A DNA stretch of 64,000 nt, from assembly GCA_964016885.1 (NCBI GenBank), contig OZ024743.1:112840001-112904000 (forward strand), in the 5' to 3' direction. Below, piece by piece: positions 59,656 through 64,000 of the stretch. Positions within the stretch are counted from its first letter, which is position 1. Each line of letters begins with the position of its first letter. The position numbers and the translations under genes were made by a program. The DNA is from Eledone cirrhosa (lineage: Eukaryota). The notes under the pieces were generated by a model. That model was not told where the DNA came from. It worked only from the letters and a program-made list of their open reading frames with translations, and ran no database searches.

Positions 59656-59846
59656 CAATAAACTGAGTCCAGATGCATCACTGATTTTTCGTTTTTTTAT
59701 ACTATATATATATATATGTATAAAACAAAACAGTCCTGTAAAATCATTTTTCCTTTTAGTAACAAAATTCTATCAACCCTGTAATGGCGATTATAAGACA
59801 CACATATAAATATATATATATTGACACACACACACACACATATATA

Positions 59847-59883
<37 letters not shown>

Positions 59884-60396
59884 CAAAGCTACCGTCAAAA
59901 TTAATAAGACTTTTCTTCCGTATAAATAATGTTCACACTTTTTTCATCACATTTTTTTTCTTAATTATTTCTTTCCTTGCATTTCTTTGTATTACTTTTT
60001 TGTAATTTCTTTTATAACTTTCTCCTGATTAACCTTTTCAGTTAGATGAGCTTTCTACTTACCAACGAATAAAAAAAAAATTAATTTTCCTTTTGGCACT
60101 TTTTGTGTGTGTGTGTGTGTAATTTTACTTTTGTATTTTTGTTGTATTTTTGGTGTGTGTGTGTGTTTTTTCACGCTTAATTTTTTTTAACATTATATTT
60201 TTATTTATTTATTTATTCTGTCGAATTAATTCTAATTTCACTCAAGAATACTTTGCTAAAAAAATGTATTCCGACAAAGAGACTTTGTGTATTCTATTGA
60301 ATACATTTTGTTTGACATTTAAATATCGTTTATTTATTTTCTACTTCTTATTTATTATTATTTTACTACTACAGATATATATATATATATGTGTGT

Positions 60397-60464
<68 letters not shown>

Positions 60465-60548
60465 GTGTGTGCCTGTGCCTGTGTGTGTGTATACATATAT
60501 ATGTATATATATACACACATATATACATATATACACTCATACATATAC

Positions 60549-60695
<147 letters not shown>

Positions 60696-61329
60696 TACAT
60701 ACATGTGTGTGTGTTATTTCTTCTTTTTCTATTATTTGTGCCACACATCTAATGCTCTCGCTAGTCACGTTTGTTTCCGTATGACCTGATAATTGTAGTG
60801 AAAAATGTTGCTGTTTCTCTAAATAGTGCAAGTAGTATCACTTGATGATATTCTTCTTGATGTTCTTGTTCTAGTTACTATTGCTGCTATTCATGTTGTC
60901 TTCGCTGTTCTTCTCTTACTGTTACTGTCGATGCTATTGCTGTTGTTGTTGCTGTTGTTTGCCCTTAAGTCAGCTTTAATCAAACTGATCCACGATCAAA
61001 GCTATTCCAGTCATGACCAATCTGTCGTTTTAGTAGATAATTCGAACTACACTATCCAAAGTGTCTTTTTTATTATTTCTAAAATAACGTGTGGTTTTAG
61101 GCAGAATTGACTGCTATTTCTTGAAGGACCAGAAGCAAGGTACAAGCTCCTTTCTTAATGATTACTGTTAGTATTAATAAAAAATATTAAATAGGTATGT
61201 ATGTATATAGGTATGTATGTATGTCCCAGATTTGTGTGGATATGTTACAGATTTGTGTGGTTGGCTGTCGCCTAAAAGTGCACCAAACTCTATATTCTGA
61301 CAAGCAATTGCAATACTCTTAGCAGGGTT

Positions 61330-62350
61330 TTCTGCCATCATGTATGTATGTATGTATGCATGTATGTATGTGTGTATGTTCTTCTGGTTTTATAATTTCA
61401 CAAATGTTTACCAATAGAGAGAGAGTGGGTTACTAACATAGACACAAGACTCTCTCATTGGGATTTACACATCATCAACTAGGTAGATTATGTATGCATG
61501 CATGTGTAGATATGGATGTTGTTGTATGTGTGGTTGTGGATGTTTTGAGTGGTATGTGTGCATGTGTATATGCTTTGCATCTGTACATGTGTATATGCAG
61601 TTATTAGATGCAAAATTTTTGGAATGTTTTACATATTTTTACTGTTCCATTAATGGATTGTACTTGTAATTTCCTAACTAGTTGTGTTCTTTCTGTTCCT
61701 GTGAAGCCTAGCTTCTCAAGATTTGTATTGAGGCAGTTACTAACATACCCCAGTGCCCCAATAATCACAGGCATAAATCTGAAGGTGTAATCAGGGTGGA
61801 GTATCTGCAGTTTTCTCATCAGTTCTGCATAAATATTCTCCTTTTCGCTAATCTTTGATATTATATTGGCATCTGCTGGTCAGCTAATTTCCACTACTGT
61901 GCATACTTTCTTCTCCCTGTCCCATATCATAATATCTGGTCTGTTATGCCTGCATTTTATTGGAGTTTTTACTGGAACATTCCACCAGTACTCTTTCATA
62001 TTATGTATATTGATGTCTTCCACATCGCTGTAGCTTTTAATGTATTTATTATCGGGGCTATCATTTTTACGGATTGCATTTTACAGTGTTTTGGCCACTA
62101 TATCATGCCTCATAGGTAGATAGTACCGCGATGACATCTTTGGACAGCTGCTGATGACATGGGTGACATCTTCGATGTTAATTCTGCAGAGTCTGCACTT
62201 GTTATAAGTGTTTTGCCTGCAATCCTATCTCTTTTGTGAATCAGGTATTTCGTGTTAATTTCCTGTTTTTTTTGGATTGCAAAAGCGTATCCTTCAAAGT
62301 GGGATCCAATATAGCGGTTGTTGATTCAAGATAGACTACTTTCCTTATCT
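61330..62350 (-). mobile_element. 5'-truncated RLE-type non-LTR retrotransposon (R4/Dong-like), decayed
   Basis: CRLC..EDVTHVISSC..YYLPMRHD..WWN..HNRPDIMIWD..VVEI..PVIIGALG..KICKTF*; (TACA)n-rich 3' flank. Confidence 0.82.
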
Positions 62351-62814
62351 ATATTACTCTCACTCTGGAGCTTTCTGGCAACATATCCATGCATGATTTT
62401 TTTGCTGATAAAGCATGCAGTTTTTCATCCATGGATTCACTGCAATACTGCTGAGGGACTTCCCTGTGTGTGAGTTTTTGATTATCACACAGGGAATATC
62501 TCTGTATGTGTGTATGTATGCATGTAAGAACCCGTGACTCCAGGTTCAGTCGTAGGGGAACTGCTGTGATTACTACGTTTCTTGGGCATTTATAAATCCT
62601 GGCAGAGCCCATCCATCTCCATGTCTGGATGCAACCTATTTATTTCACAGAAGGTGCGAGTGAGTAAGAGAGGAATTGAGAAAATGATATAGAAAATATG
62701 AAAGACAAAAATTCATTCGGCGGGTTTTGATTTCAGAGAGCAGGGAGCCAAAATGAATACCGCAAAATAGTCTATCTAACGTTCTAACGATTCTGCCGAT
62801 TACTGACTATGTAA

Positions 62815-63001
62815 TAATTGTTTCTACGTTTGGCTCAAGCCCAGCAAATACCCCCAGTGTATTACTGGTGCTTTATTTTATCGACCCGGTAAGAATGAAA
62901 GGCAAAGTTAACCTCGGCGGGATGTGAAATCAGAACGTAAACGGCCATAACTCTATGCTGCAAAGCATGGTGTCTGACGCTCTACCGATACTGCCAATCC
63001 A
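62815..63001 (-). mobile_element. SINE family 1 (minus strand)
   Basis: Family motifs in reverse complement. Confidence 0.85.
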
Positions 63002-64000
63002 ATACCTTTACTATGTTATAATGTCGAAGTTAATAAATAAAATTCTAGTCCAATACTAGGGTCGATTCCTCCTCTTTAAATCTGTCTCATTTCCTCCTCC
63101 CTCCTTCTCTCTCTCTTTCTCTCTCTCTCTCTCACTCTCTCTCTTTCCTTCACTGGAAGAAATCGGTTGTGATCATACCTGGAGAGGAATGGACTCCACC
63201 AGGTTTAAAATACTGAAGAAAGACAGTAGGTCAATACAGCACCCCTACCATTCTATTGAGAGTTATAGATCGATACATTCAATCATTACATAATAACTGT
63301 TTGTAACAATAATTCGCATTTTTTGCTACTTCTTTTTTGCTGTTTTGTTTTTGTTTGGTTTTTCTTTTGTTTGTTTGTTTTTGTTTTTTTTTGTTGTTTT
63401 TTTGTTGTTTTGTTGTTTTTTGTTTTGTTGTTGTTGTTTTTTTGGGGGGCGTCCTATTGACAAAATTATTAATTTAGTATTTATTCTGTCTCTACGTTTT
63501 AAGTTCAAATCTCGCCTTTCATCCTTCTCGAGCGGATAAAATAAACACACCTGTCCGAAATGGTCGGATGGCAGAATTTATGAGAGAACTAGACAAAATT
63601 CCTTGCAGTAATTGTTCTGGCTCTTTGGGTTCTGAGTTCACTATTGATTATATAGGTACCAAACGATATTGACCCTTTCCTTTCTCTTGGAAAGTGTCGG
63701 AGACGTTGAGAGAAGAAAGTTACACAGGCAATTGCAGGTCTCCTTTGAAAATCTTTACCCAATGCTCACAATAGTGAGAGATGGGGAGAGCGGGAGCGAC
63801 AGGGGCAGTAACAGTGGGAGTTTGATTATCTTATGTTCAGACCTGGTGTATATATGTCTATATAAGAGAGAATGAGTCTAAAAGCTATGGATGCCAATGG
63901 TTAGCATTGAATGAACAAAGCTTGTTTCAAGAAAAGCAGCCAGTAAAAATATTGGAACAGTTTTTTCAAGTACCTTACACAAATACATCTAAGAAAATTG

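Larger units (their letters stand above)
57371..59705. repeat. ~730-bp diverged inverted arms (57371-58098 and 58967-59705) enclosing a second foldback
   Basis: The arms are reverse complements, which is why ORFs 57395+ and 59146- mirror each other. Confidence 0.92.

Overview
Repeat-saturated eukaryotic DNA. The (TA)n/(CA)n/(GATA)n load and the SINE families suggest a cephalopod such as Octopus, but that is inference. I found no convincing host protein-coding gene, and most ORF-track entries are microsatellite read-throughs. The window holds: (i) at least 7 copies plus 3 tail stubs of a Tx1/L1-clade LINE, including one near-full-length decayed copy, usually flanked by (GATA)n; (ii) several Penelope-like element (PLE) remnants with RT and/or GIY-YIG sequence, mostly in (TA)n; (iii) RTE, R4/Dong-like and mariner fragments; (iv) many tRNA-derived SINEs; (v) a 200-N gap. 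The main signal is about 20 type-I hammerhead-ribozyme (HHR) motifs from roughly a dozen mostly dissimilar non-coding families, all folded by eye. Many occur as outward-facing pairs in foldback units that nest around (TA)n centres. Several have unusual cores (U4C, U3-A8, a U.U pair at the base of stem II, or 40-100-nt stem II extensions), and one lies in a ~428-bp head-to-tail unit resembling a retrozyme.
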